From: Squalus acanthias
Taxonomy: Eukaryota
Assembly (NCBI GenBank): GCA_030390025.1
Contig: CM059432.1
Coordinates: forward strand, 17,114,001 to 17,178,000
Direction of reading: 5' to 3'
DNA: 64,000 nt
The position numbers and the translations under genes were made by a program. The notes under the pieces were generated by a model. That model had not been told where the DNA came from and did no database searches. It worked only from the letters and a program-made list of their open reading frames with translations. Of this stretch, positions 23,487 to 36,739 are shown piece by piece. How positions within the stretch are numbered: position 1 is the first letter of the stretch; each line of letters begins with the position of its first letter.

Positions 23487-26362
23487 TTTTTTATTTATTC
23501 GATCCTGGGATGTGGGCGTCGCTGGCAAGGCCAACATTTATTGCCCATCCCTAATTGCCCTTGAGAAGGTGGTGGTGAGCCGCTGCAGTCCTTGTGGTGA
23601 AGGTACCCCCACAGTGCTGTTAGGGAGGGAGTTCCAGGATTTTGACCCAGCGATGATGAAAGAACGACGATATATTTCCAAGTCAGGATGGTATGTTAGT
23701 TGGAGGGGAACTTGCTGGTGATGGTGTTCCCATGCGCCTGCTGCTCTCATCCTTCTAGGTGGTAGAGGTTGCGGGTTTGGGAGGTGCTGCCAAAGAAGCC
23801 TTGGCGAGTTGCTGCAGTGCATCTTGTAGATGGTACACACTGCAGCCACGATGCGCCGGTAGTGGAGGGAGTGAATGTATCATATGGTGGATGGGGTGCC
23901 AATCAAGCGGGCTGCTTTGTCCTGAATGGTGTCAAGCTTCTTGAGTGTTGTTGGAGCTGCACTCATCCAGGCAAGTGGAGAGTATTCCATCACACTCCTG
24001 ACTTGTGCTTTGTAGATGATGGAAAGGCTTTGGGGGAGTCAGGAGATGAGACACTCGCTGCAGAATATCAAGCCTCTGACCTGCTCTTGTAGCCACAGTA
24101 TTTATGTGGCTGGTCCAGTTAAGTTTCTGGTCAATAGTGACTCGCAGGAAGTTGATGGTGGGGGATTCAGCGATGGTAATGCAGTTGAATGTCAAGGTGA
24201 GGTGGTTAGACTCTCGCTTGTTGGAGATAGTCATTGCCTGGCACTTGTGTGGCGCGAACGTTACTTGCCACTTATCAGCCCAAGCCTGAATGTCGTCCAG
24301 GTCTCTCTGCATGCGGGCATGGACTGCTTCATTATCCAAGGAGTTGTGAATGGAACTGAACACTGTGCAATTATCAGCGAATATCCCCACTTCTGACCTT
24401 ATGATGGAGGGAAGGACATTGATGAAGCAGCTGAAGATGGTTGGGCCTAAGACACTGCCCCAAGGAACTCCTGCAGCGATGTCCTGGGGCTGAGATGATT
24501 GACCTCCAACAACCACAACCATCCTCCTTTGTGCTGGGTATGACTCCAGCCGGTGGAGACTTTTTCCGCTGATTTCATTGACTTCAATTTTACTAAGGCT
24601 CCTTGATGCCTTACTTGGTCAAATGCTGCCTTGATGTCAAGGGCCGTCACTCTCATCTCATCTCTGGAATTTAGCTCTTGTGTCCATGTTTGGACCAAGA
24701 CTGTAATGAGGTCTGGAGCCGAGTGGTCCTGGCGGAACCCAAACTGAGCGTCGGTGAGTAGGTTATTGGTGAGTAAGTGCCACTTGGAAGGTGTCGTCGA
24801 CAGTGCTTTCATCACTTTGCTGATGATTGAGAATAGACTGATGGGCAGTAATTGGCCGATTGGATTTGTCCTGCTTTTTGTGGACATGACATACCTAGGC
24901 AGTTTTCCACATTTTCAGGTAGATGCCAGTGTTGTAGCTGTAGTTCTGGAGCACAAGCCAGGATGTTGTTGGGGCCCATAGCCTTTGCTGTATCCAGTGC
25001 GCTCGGCTGTTATTTGATATCACATGGAGTGAATCGAATTGGCTGAAGACTGGCTTCTGTGATGGTGGGGACCTCAGGAGGAGGCCGATACGGATCATCC
25101 ACTCGGCACTTCTGACTGAAGATGGTTACACACGCTTCAGTCTTGTCTTTTGCTCCGCCATCATTGAGGATGGGGATATTCATGGAGCCTCCTCCTTCCG
25201 TTAGTTGCTTAATTGTCCACCACCATTCACGACTGGATGTGGCAGGACTGCAGAGCTTTGATCTGATCTGTTTAGCAGTAGTGCCACACAACATGATGGA
25301 GGGTGTCCTCATTGTGAAGATGGGACTTCGTCTCCACAAGGACTGTGCGGTGTGGTCACTGCTAACACTGCTGTCATGGACAGATGCATCTGCGACAGGT
25401 AAATTGGTGAGGGCGAGGTCAGGTAAGTTTTTCCTCTCGTGTTGGTGTTCTCACCACCTGCCGCAGTCCCAGTCTGGCAGCTATGTGCTTCAGGACTTGG
25501 CCAGCTGAGTCAGTAGTGGTGTTAATGAGCCACTGTTGGTGATGGACATTGAAGTCCCCCACCCAGAGTGCATTCTGTGCCCTTGCTACTCTCAGTGCTT
25601 CTTCCAAGTGGTGTTCAATGTGGAGGAGTACTGATTCATCAGCTGAGGGAGGGCGGTAGGTGATAATCAGCAGGAGGTTTCCTTGCCCATGCTTGACCTG
25701 AAGCCATGAGACTTGGGGTCCGGAGTCAATGTTGAGGACTCCCAGGGCCACTCCCTCCCAACTGTATACCACTGTGCCGACACCTCTGTCCTGCTGGTGG
25801 GACAGGACATACCCAGGGATAGTGATGGAGGTATGACTCTGTGAGTTTGACTATGTCAGGCTGTTGCTTGATTAGTCCGTGGGACAGCTCTCCCAATTTT
25901 GGCATAAGTCCCCAGATGTTAGTCAGGATAACTTTGCAAGGTCGACTGTTCCGTTGTCATGCCCGAAGCTGGTGCCTAGGTCGATGCCAGGTGGTCCGTC
26001 CGACTTTATTATTTTTATTGTTTCTTGTAGCGGTTTGTTACAACTGAGTGGCTTGCTAGGCCATTTCAGAGGGCAGTTAAGAATCAACCACATTGCTGTG
26101 GGTCTGGAGTCACATATAGGCCAGACCAAAAAAGGATGGCAGATTTCCTTCCCTGAAGGGCATTAGTGAACCAGATGGGATTTTATGACAATCTGATAGT
26201 TTCATGGTCACCATTACTGACACTAGCTTTTTATTCCAGATTTATTTAATTAACTGAATTTAAATTCCCCAGCTGCCATGGTGGAATTCGAATGTCTCTG
26301 GATCATTCGTCCAGGCCCCTGGATTACTGGTCCAGTAACATAACCACTATGTTACCGTTCCC
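23487..26362 (-). mobile_element. Non-LTR retrotransposon (APE endonuclease plus RT, decayed) with a tRNA-like 5' head
   Basis: YRPPSADES...VGDFNVHH (endonuclease); QFGFRQDHS...LDIKAAFD, GVPWGSVLGP, FADNC (RT); A/B-box-like head at 26281-26362. Confidence 0.85.
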
Positions 26363-27210
26363 AGTTTGGTTAAGGAGCTTTCCACCTACTCTGATACTTC
26401 TAGAGTTGCTAATGATTATGACAATGCCACATGGATTGAGTGGGGGCAGAGATGAGTTAGTGTCTCCATCTTCTCCCAGTTGTCAGGAATTCATGATGAG
26501 TTCCTCTGGATCAATAATTTTCATCATATGCTGACAGGAAGAAGTATTGCACTCATACTTTCTACATGTGGGTTCCTGCTTGATGTTCACTAGCGGTAGG
26601 CTTTATTGTTAAATTCTGTGCTATATTTCATGCCAGGATAATCAAGCTATCATCTGATCTTAGCCTAAATTATTCTGACGTGTTTAATTTAAAATAGTTA
26701 GCTGCTATTTCTTGTTTTAATGAACCTTTGTGTAAGTTAGAATTAGATTACGGATTATGTTATGCTAATCGGAATTTGTTGCATTGCATAAACAGGGTAA
26801 AGTATATCCATAAATCATGGCAGCTACTAACTCCTATGTAAGATAAGTCCAGTTATACCATCTCAAAACCAAGACTGACAAATGTATACCAGAATGCACA
26901 TCATGAGGATAACATTGGACAGTAAGCCTATCTATAGAGAATTGTGATGCTATTATAACTTACATTATTTACTGTTTGTTCTGTCTCCTGTAGACTGATA
27001 CTATTTATTTGGGGTGGGAGAGAAAGGTTGTATGCATGACATCACGAACGTAATATGTTTTAAATAATCTGCATCCTTTGTGTATTTCCCCATTGTTAAC
27101 CTGAGCTTATACCTGTAGTATCTGAAGGATGCTTCCTTTTAAAGAAGACCTTACAAAGCTTAATTCTATTACCAGAAAATTAATTTATATTAAAACTTTA
27201 TTTTTTCCAG

Positions 27211-27366
27211 GGTTGAAAGCCTACAGTTGCATTATGATCTGGAACTATCTCACTTGGGCTCCTGCACAGATATTTCAGATTTACGAATACGCAGAAGGGA
27301 CTGGCAGCGGAATCTGAACTCGCAGATTCAGGAAATATCCTTGGAGCTGATTGTTAATATCTTCAG
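27211..27366 (+). CDS. DENND3: DENND3 exon (window exon 6), VESLQLHYDLELSHLGSCTD...RRDWQRNLNSQIQEISLELIVNIF
   Basis: CAG acceptor, GTATG donor, 156 nt phase 2-2. Confidence 0.95.
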
Positions 27367-27713
27367 GTATGAATGGCAACTTCATGGACACATCTTTTAT
27401 GGGGTTCACCATTGGACTCTTACTTAACTTTTCAATAATTTTTTTAAATTTAAAAATAAAATTGAAGCACCTAGTTTAGATGTTATGATTCAGGTGCTGT
27501 GCAGTGGGGTGGGGACTTCCATCCACTCGTTTGCCCTTGCCTTGACCAGTTCCAAATCATTTGCATATTGAGGGCCTATCTATATGATTAATGGTGTTAC
27601 TGGGGTGCTCGCCTTGCAGACCCAGTGGGATTTTGGAGCAGCATCCTTCTGGTTGATTGGGTGGTGTGGGGGTGTGGCACAGGCCAGTCTACTACTTTGA
27701 TGGTGGAGAAATG

Positions 27714-28748
27714 ATTCACGTACGGACCGGGGTCAAGCAAGGCTGTGTCATCGCACCAATGCTCTTTTCGATCTTCCTGGCTGCAATGCTCCATCTCGCC
27801 CTCAGTAAGCTCCCCGCTGGAGTGGAGCTAATCTACAGAACAAACAGGAAACTGTTCAACCTCCATTGCCTCCAGGCCAGATCCAAGGTCGCCCCATCCT
27901 CTGTCATTGAATTACAGTATGCAGACGACGCTTGCGTCTGCGCACACTCTGAGGTCGAACTCCAAACCATCGTCAACACCTTCACCGAAGCGTACGAGAG
28001 CATGGGCCTTACATTAAACATCCGTAAGACAAAGGTCCTCTATCAACCTGCCCCCGCCACACCGTACTGCTCCCCGATTATCAAAATCCAGGACGAGGCC
28101 TTGGACAACGTGGACCACTTTCCATACCTCGGGAGCCTACTGTCAACAAAGGCAGACGTCGACGATGAAGTCCAACACTGCCTTCAGTGTACCAGTGCAG
28201 CCTTCGGTCACTTGAGGAAGAGAGTGTTTGAAGACTCAAACCCAGCACCAAGCTCATGGTCTACCAAGCAGTATTGATACCCGCCCTCCTGTATGTTTCA
28301 GAGACATGGACCATGTACAGCAGGCACCTCAAAGCACTGGAGAGGTACCACCAACGCTGCCTCCGCAAGATCCTGCCAATCCATTGGCAGGATAGGCGCA
28401 CCAACGTCTGTGTTCTCGCTCAGGCCAACATCCGCAGCACCGAAGCTTTGACCACGCTCAATCAGCTCCGATGGACGGGCCACATCGTCCGCATGCCTGA
28501 TACGAGACTCCCAAAACAAGTGCTCTACTCTGAGCTCCGACACGACAAGAGAGCCCCAGGTGGGCAGAAGAAATGCTTCAAGGACACCCTCATAGTCTCC
28601 TTGGAAAAAGTGCAACATCCCCACCGACACCTGGGAATCCCTGGCCCAAGACTGCACAAAGTGGAAGAGAAGCATCCGGGAAGGCGCCGAACACCTCGAG
28701 GCTCTTCGCCGGGAGCAAGCAGAAGCCAAGCGGAAGGAGCGCACACAA
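27714..28748 (+). mobile_element. RTE-clade LINE fragment
   Basis: TGVKQGCVIAP...LQYADD...FPYLGS; LRWTGHIVRMPDTRLPKQ. Confidence 0.93.
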
Positions 28749-29820
28749 TTTGCATGCTGTCATCACAGATGTCATATACCTGTGTCCCTGGACCTGATCT
28801 TTAAGTAGACAATTGAGAAATTTCTGTTTTTCCCTCAAATTCAGGAGGAAATTTTTTTTTTAATAAATTCACCACGTGAAAAAAAATTGGATTTTATTGG
28901 TGGAAATTGGTTAAAAATTAGTGTTAATGATCCCTAGATGTTTTTCATGATTATCATGGCAAAATAGTTGGTTGAATATAACCCACATTATTATCTATAT
29001 GGGAAACCTGAACTGGTGGGGGTGCCTCTCCACTTAATTCACTCCTTTTTAAAAGCTCACTTTAAATAGGGCTGCTACTCGAGTAACTGCAGTATTTTCA
29101 GTGAGTATTATCAGATAGAACTACAATTGGAAGCTCTGTTCAGGTTAGATACTCTGCCTTATTCCTTGTTACTACAGATTCAGATTCCTGCAATACATGG
29201 GGAATGCTAGAATGAAGATATTTAGATGATTCTTTGGTGGGATCTTGATTTGTTGGAAACAACCTCTACCTACCAAGTTTGCAGCCAGCCACATTCCCTC
29301 TTCTTGGGAAATATAAATTATTGTATCTTTTTTTTGGTGGAAGAAAAAGTATGACCGTCAGCACAGGGAAAAGTGCCATGCATGGGAAGCAACAGTCATT
29401 TCAGTAATGTCATAATTGTTTAAGTGGACTTGCTTAAAATAAAATGATTGCCTCTGAACTGTTTTTTCATCTCTACTGCAAATTAATTGAAAAGAACTTC
29501 CTCTGGTAAACCAGCATGGAAAAATACAAAATAGCATCATAGTATTGTACAAGACATCACTCTGCTAAATTTCTGATACTGCAGTTTTACTATGAAATGC
29601 AGTGCATCTTTAACTTAGCCACCGTTACATGAAAGCAGAGTTCTTGTTTTTAAAAAAAATAAAACTTGTGTAGACCATGCACTGAAATATTTTGTCTTCA
29701 GTCCATGTTCCATAATTTTAACTTTCTTACATTCTGGGTACCAAAATGATGCCGATCCATTAAAATTTTAAATTGCCAAAGACTTCACTACAGAATTCAC
29801 AAAAACCATTATTATTGCAG

Positions 29821-29917
29821 GGAAGTGTCAGACCATCTCAATTATGAATATCGCGTCTTTAACAGTGAAGAATTTTTGAAGACCAGAACAGTTTCTGATC
29901 GGCCTTTTTACAAAAAG
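29821..29917 (+). CDS. DENND3: DENND3 exon (window exon 7), [32 protein letters not shown] (dDENN)
   Basis: CAG acceptor, GTAAT donor, 97 nt; [18 protein letters not shown] motif. Confidence 0.96.
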
Positions 29918-31499
29918 GTAATCACTTATATACAGTTTGCACCTGTGAAAGTTATACTGGTACAAATTTCAGTACAGTCGGAAATCATTTGGTCCATCCT
30001 TACTGTGCTATCTCACGCAATGAAGTTATCTGCTCTAATTTGATTTCACTGCTGTTTTCCTGTCCCTTCTAGTGTATCTTGAAGTGTTTATTTAATTTCT
30101 TCTTCATTGTCAAGAATGACTGTCTGCAATACCCACTTGTGATAATGCATTTCATATTCTAAAAGTCCTTTTTACGGAAAAAAGACCTTGTGATCTCCCC
30201 CCTTTATTTTTCAAGTGCTAATTTGAAGTTTATGCTCATTGTTGCCATTTCACTGATGAGTGGAAAATCTTTCACTATTTACTCTCTGAAACACTTTCAT
30301 AATCTTGAACACTTGTGTTCGATTCTCTTATTTCCCCTGTTCCTCACTTAATCTTTCCTGCTCATTCCATTGACCCCAGTACCAGTCTAGTGAATCTACA
30401 TTGCACATTTTCAATGGCTGCAAGATGCTTTCTATAATGTATGCTGAAAACTTCACACAATACCCATAACTGTGTGGCCTAACCAAGGTCTTTTACAGAT
30501 TTGTCACCACTCATCACCACATTGTACTTGGTGCCCCAATATTTAAAACCCACTTGCTCTTCTTATCGCTTTTCTCACCTTCAGTCCTGTTTTTTTCAAA
30601 ATACGTGTATCCACAATCTTAGATCTTTCTATTCCTCCACTCCTTTCAATATTATACCATTTAGGGTATGTTTCCATTTTTGCTATTTTTTTTGTAGAAT
30701 ATAGCTCCTAACAAAATATGATGAGATTTCCAGTACAATTATTCAAAATGATTTAAAATTAAAAATGTTCAACATTCTACAAGAATGATTTATATTTTGA
30801 CATTTTTTAGATACTGTTTGGAAAAAAAAACAAGAATGTAATGGAGATATGATCCCAGTTTTTAAATTAATGAGGGATATAAGGTGGACACGAACATGCT
30901 TAGTGCAAAACCATGGTAGAAAATCCCAGAGGAAATGTTTATATTGAGGAAACAAAAACCTAAACCTGGTGTAAAGGGTAACCTTATCATGTTTTATCAT
31001 TTATATTTGAGAATAAAATGCTACCCAGGGGAATGTTGTTCTTTGCGTGTGTGTAATGAAATCATAAACCTGTTTTTAAAGAATGGACTCGCAGTTTGAC
31101 TACAAATGGTTTACAGAGTAAAGCTTTATGCCTAGTGTAGTAATTAATGAGACTGTTCAAGCATTCAAAAAGGAATTGGATTAATTACTAATTTTTGTTT
31201 AACTTTCTCAGGTCATAAATTCCCTGTTTCCCTGTCATAGCTTTGCACAAATATCTCTCTATCCACTTCATACGTTACCTTCATCTTGATTTAAAGGAAA
31301 GTATGAATTTGAGGTAGGAGGTTACAGAATAATGCAAAGTGGTGAGATGGGGTCCTGGATGCTAACTGGCCTTGTGTTTTTAAATCTGCAGAGGGTATTT
31401 TAAGACCTTCCTAGCTCTGGTTTTGCATTAGAACTAGATCTGCTATTCACTTATTTAAGATGCACATATTTAAGATGGTTTTATTATTACAAATTATAG

Positions 31500-31603
31500 G
31501 TATTGGAGACCTATATATTCCATTCTTTCCTTAAAGCTCGTTTGAGTGGAAAGATGGATGCGTTCGGCCACATGGAACTCCGCATTTACTCTGATAATGA
31601 CAG
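31500..31603 (+). CDS. DENND3: DENND3 exon (window exon 8), [34 protein letters not shown]
   Basis: TAG acceptor, GTAAA donor, 104 nt; [12 protein letters not shown] motif. Confidence 0.96.
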
Positions 31604-33646
31604 GTAAAACTCTGAAGGAACATCATGTTTTAGTAATTGCAATTCTTCAAAAAAGTATGTAGAAAATTGTAGACCATTAAAGTAAATCCTGAATTAACTG
31701 TTAAATTGAAAATAATTGAGGAATGTTCTGGTGGTTGCAGCAGTGGAGTGTTGGATTCCCATCCAGAGAACCCTGAGCAGGATTTCAGCCTGAACTGTTA
31801 TTTATACATATCTCTGCCAGATAGGGAGATGAGGTATTTCACCTAAGAGTGAGTTATGTCATTCAGATGCATGTCTCCTCTCCTGTCCAATCAATGATGG
31901 CAATGAAATTTGTGCAAAGATATTGCCTGTGTGTCCAAAGTAAATGGTATGGGGAGTTTAAAAGCGATAGAGGAGAATGAACTTCACAACTTTACTCCTC
32001 TAAACTGCACAGACCTGCTATGCAACTTATTTGTGCTCTAGTTCTGTAAAGTTTTGTTTCTTCACTTTTCTGTGCTTCGAAATTAAGAGTTGATTACTAC
32101 AGAATTTTCACATTTCAAGCCATGTTGCCTTCAATTCCTTTTTTAAACTAGTCCCGAGGAGGTGTAAACAAGTGCTACAGGTGACTTTTTTTTTTCTCTT
32201 CTCCCTTCCTGTGGGGATTATTGACCAATGCTTGGAACCCATGCATGGCACCATTGCTGATATTGGGAATTTAGCATCTAGGAGATTGTGGTTGTAAAAC
32301 CAGTTCCCATCACTGACATGGTGCATTGTTGTTGCAACATGCTGGGCTTCTAGTAGGACAGTTGAGCACTTGTTTGTTTGGAGTTTCAAATTGAATGCGC
32401 TAATTTGCCACTAATGTATTCAGATGCTAGGATATGGGTTACAATCTACAGTTATGAATAACTTGTGAATTACACTTCCTGTAATGAGCTGCAATGGTGA
32501 TTCGAGTCATTTCAGTTGCGGTGTCATAGGAAATTAAATCTTGCATGGCAATTTATCATGGTGCTACCTCAGAAAAAAACCTTCAGTTTTCTCTCTCTTG
32601 TCTTCTTACTCTTTTCTCTTCCAGGAGGAGGATGGGGGGTCCAGCTTTTTCCAACAGGATTGGTCTAAATCAGTGACTGCACCCTTCAGTGCCTGAATGC
32701 CCCCGACAACATTCTCTTCCACATCTCCTCTACACTGTCTTCTCTACTTTTCCTAGGTCGTCATCTGGTTATATGGCACTGAGCCTTTTTAGAACAAAGC
32801 GATGTGTGTTTTATTTTGTTTAATTTTGGGGAGGAATATAGTCATACCATTGCATAAATTGAGCATTTATTTATTGGTTTGGTTTGGTTTCAAGCCCATG
32901 TCAGTGTCTATCCAGCATTCTGTTAATTTTTGTAGGTTGAATTGTTTCATCCACCTAGTGGTAATTACTTTTCTATGTATAATATATTTAGCATCCCATA
33001 ATTTGGAATGCTATCCCCCTCAAATTTCTAATGTAATTGATGCCTTTCTGCTGATGTGCTAAGTTTCAATAGCCCATGATATAACTGTTACAGAAAACTT
33101 AATAATTCAAATTAACATTTAAAACAAAATCATCTAGCTATTACAAACAGAATCCTACATAATAAATCATAATCTATCACTTTCGTCTTGAGCTGCGAGA
33201 GGCCAGTGGAGTGCAGAACGCCAGAAGAGTGTGGAGTTGAGCTTCATCAGTAGTTATAGGAGCATCAGTATTCAACTTATTTTATAGTTTGGGTTTATTT
33301 TAATTTACTTCATTTTAGCAGTGCAGTACTACTGCCTGTTTAAACTTTTTTTTGGTGGTTTACCATGGACTGGTTTGAGCCACTAATTGGTTAATCAATT
33401 GGTTACATAAGTGTTGTGATTAGCTATTGCCTGCCTATTTTCTTCTTTGGCATTTGGACTATTGTCAGTTTAGGCAGTATAAATTTGAATTTATTAGGGC
33501 GCGATTAAACTTGAGTAGCAAGAGGTCAGTGGAGAGCGAAAGGTCAGGGGAGTTTTAAGTTTAGTTTCAGCAGGTGTTCTATCTTAAGAGTGAGCACAGC
33601 CCTGAAGTTCATTTGGCTTAAAATTAAACTTGATGAGGGTTGAACC

Positions 33647-36597
33647 AACAACAACTTGTATTTATATCGCGCCTTTAATGCAGTAAAATGTCCCAAGATG
33701 CTTCAAAGGAGCGTTATCAAACAAAATTTGACACTGATCCACGTAAAAAGATATTAGGGCAAATGACCAAAAGCTTGGTCAAAGAGGTAGGTTTTAAGGA
33801 GCGTCTTAAAGGAGGAAAGAGAGGTAGAGAGACGGAGATGTTTAGGGAGCAATTCCAGCACTTAGGGCCTTGGCAGCTGAAAGCAAGGCTGCTAATGGTG
33901 GAGCGATTTAAAATTGGGATGCTCAAGAGGTCAGAATTGGAGGAGCGCAGCTATCTCCTGAGGAGATTTCAGAAATAGGGAGGGGTGAGGCCTTGGAGAG
34001 ATTTGAAAACGAGGAGGAGAATTTTTAAATCAAGGTGTTGCTTAACCGGGAGCCAATATTGGTCAGTGAGCACAGGGGTGATAAGTTAATGGGACATAGT
34101 GCGAGTTAGGGCAAAGGCAGCAGAGTTTTGAATGACCTCAAGTTTATGGAGGGTAAAAAATGGGAGGCTGGCCAGGAGTGCGTTGGAATAGTCAAGTCTC
34201 GAAGTAACAAAGGCATGAATGAGGGTTTCAGCAGCAGAGGAGCTGAGGCGGGGTGGAGTAGGGTGATGTTACGGAGGTGGAAATAGGCGGTCTTAGTGAT
34301 GGCGCGGATATGTGGTCAGAAGCTCATCTCGGGGTCAGATATGACCCCAAGGTTGCGAACAGTCTGGTTCAGTCTCAGACAGTTGCCAGGGAGAGAAATG
34401 GAGTCAGTGACTAGGGAACGGAGTTGTGGCGGGGAAATTTCTGCTCATCCAGTACTGCATGTCGGACAAGCAGTGACAATTTAGAGACAGTGGAGGGGTT
34501 GAGCGAGCTGGTGGTTAGGTAGCGCTGGGTGTCGTCACCGTACATGTGGCAACTCGCGCTATGTTTTCGGATGATGTCGCTGAGAGGCAGCAGGTAAGAA
34601 CATAAGAAATCGGAACAGGAGTAGTCCATTTGGCCCTTCAAGCCTGCTCCGCCATTCCATAAGATCATGGCTGATAATCTACCTCAACTCCATTTTACTG
34701 CACTATCCCCATCTCCCTTGATTCCCTTAATATACAAAAATCTATCGATCTCTGCCTTGAATATACTCAACGACTGAGCCTCCACAGCCCTCTGAGGTAG
34801 AGAATTCCAAAGATTCACTACCCTCTGAGTGAAGAAATTTCTCCTCATATTTGTCCTAAATGGCCGACCCCTTATTCTGAGCCTGTGACCCTGTGTTCTC
34901 GACTCCCCAGCCAGGGGAAACATCCTCCCTGCATCTACCCTGTCAAGCCCTGTAAGAATTTTGTATGTTTCAATGAGATCACTTCTCATTCTTCTGAACT
35001 CCAGAGAATATAGGCCTAGTCTACTCAATCTCTCCTCATTGGACAATCCACCCCCATCCCAGGAATTAGTCTGGTGAACCTTCATTGCACTCCCTCAATG
35101 GCAAATATATCCTTTCTTAGGTAAGGAGACCAAAACTGTACACAATACTCCAGGTGTGGTCTCATCAAGGCCCTATATAATTGCAGTAAGACGTCTTTAC
35201 TCTTATACTCCAATCCTTTTGTAATAAAGGCCAACAGACCATTTGCTTTTCTAATTGCTTGCTGTACCTGCATATTAACTTTCAGTAATTCGTGTACAAG
35301 GACACCCAGGTCCCTCTGAACACCAACATTTCTCAACCTCTCACCATTTAAAAAATACTCTGCTTTTCTGTTTTCCCTCCCAAAGTGGACAACTTCACAT
35401 TTCTCCACATTATATTCCATTTGCCATATTCTTGCCCACTCGCTTAACCTATCTATATCACCTTGCAGCCTCTTTGCATCTTCCGCACAACTTACATTCC
35501 CACCGAGCTTTGTATCATCAGCAAACTTGCTCATCCAAATCATTGAAATAGATTGTAAATAGCTGAGGCCCAAGCACTGATCCTTGTGGTACCCCACTAG
35601 TTACAGCCTGCCAACCCGAAAATGACCCGTTTATTCCTACTCTCTGTTTTCTGTCCGTTAACCAATCCTTAATCCATGCTAGTATATTACCCCCAATCCC
35701 ATAAACCCTAATTTTGCTTAATAACCTCTTGTGTGGCACCTTATCGAATGCCTTCTGAGAATCCAAATACACTACATCCACTGGTTCCCCCTTATCTATT
35801 CTGCTAGTTTCAACCTCAAAAATCTCTAACAGATTTGTCAAACACGATTTCCCTTTCATAAATCTGTGCTGACTCTGCTAAATTCTATTATTATTTTCTA
35901 AGTGCCCTGTTACCACGTCCCTAATAATAGATTCTAGCATTTTCCTTACTACTGATGTCAGGCTAACTGGTCTGTAGTTCCCCGTTTTCTCTCTCCCTCC
36001 TTTCTTAAATAGTGGGGTTACATTTGTTACCATGTAGATGAGTAATAGGAGGGGGCCAAGGATAGATCCTTGGGGGACCCCAGAGGTAATGGAGCAGGAA
36101 GAGAAGCCATTGCAGGTGATTCTCTGGCTACGACTGGATAGATAAGAATGAAAACGGGCGAGTGCAGTTGCGCCCAGCTTGACGACGGTGGAAAGGCATT
36201 GGAGGAGGATGCTGTGATCAACCATGTCAAAAGCTGCAGACAGGTCGAGAAAACGAGGAGGGATAGTTTACCTTTGTCACAGTCATATAGGATGTCATTT
36301 GTGACTTTGATAAGAGCTGTTTCGGTACTGTGGCAGGGGCGGAAACCTGATTGGAGTGATTCAAAAATGGAGATCGGGAAAGATGGGCACAGATTTGGGA
36401 GGCGACAACACGTTCAAGGACTTTGGAGAGGAAAGGGAGGTTGGAGATAAGGCGGTAGTTGACGAGGATGGAGTGGTCGAGGGTTGTTTTTTTGAGGAGA
36501 GTGGTGACGACAGCAGATTTGAAGGAGAGGGGGACAATACCTGAGGAGAGAGAACTGTTAACCAGATCAGCTAACATGGGAGCCAGGAAGGGAACCA
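33647..36597 (-). mobile_element. L2 LINE split into 33647-34596 and 36031-36597 by a CR1
   Basis: Same family as 13128-15430; CAACAACAAC tail; GAACCA at both outer junctions. Confidence 0.9.
34597..36030 (-). mobile_element. CR1 RT to 3' end, nested in L2
   Basis: [36 protein letters not shown]; flanked by CAGGTA/CATGTA. Confidence 0.92.
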
Positions 36598-36654
36598 CTA
36601 AGTTTTTGTGTTGATTTTATCAAAACTCTTCAGGTTAGTGTGGGGGGAAAGCAG

Positions 36655-36736
36655 GGATGGAGAGAAGGCAGCTAAAGCCCATAATGTGTGGTACCTGCAT
36701 GACGTGGGAGGTCCTGAATACTTTGTGTGTCCACAT
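36655..36736 (+). mobile_element. Old CR1 ORF1 N-terminal relic (zinc-finger start); likely continues at about 40148-40400, with 5' UTR at about 33190-33645
   Basis: MERRQLKPIMCGTCMTWEVL resembles the CR1 ORF1 CxxCxxWE motif; VSESEEQLAT-like continuation after 40147. Confidence 0.55.
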
Positions 36737-36739
36737 GCA

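Noticed and set aside
32585..32680. Strong pyrimidine tract plus CAG suggesting an extra exon
   Set aside because: The frame stops within about 18 codons, exons 8 and 9 already join in phase, and the region looks like an old repeat.
35878..36225. ORF fusing L2 RT to CR1 RT in frame
   Set aside because: Chance in-frame junction of a nested insertion; both parents carry stops or frameshifts.
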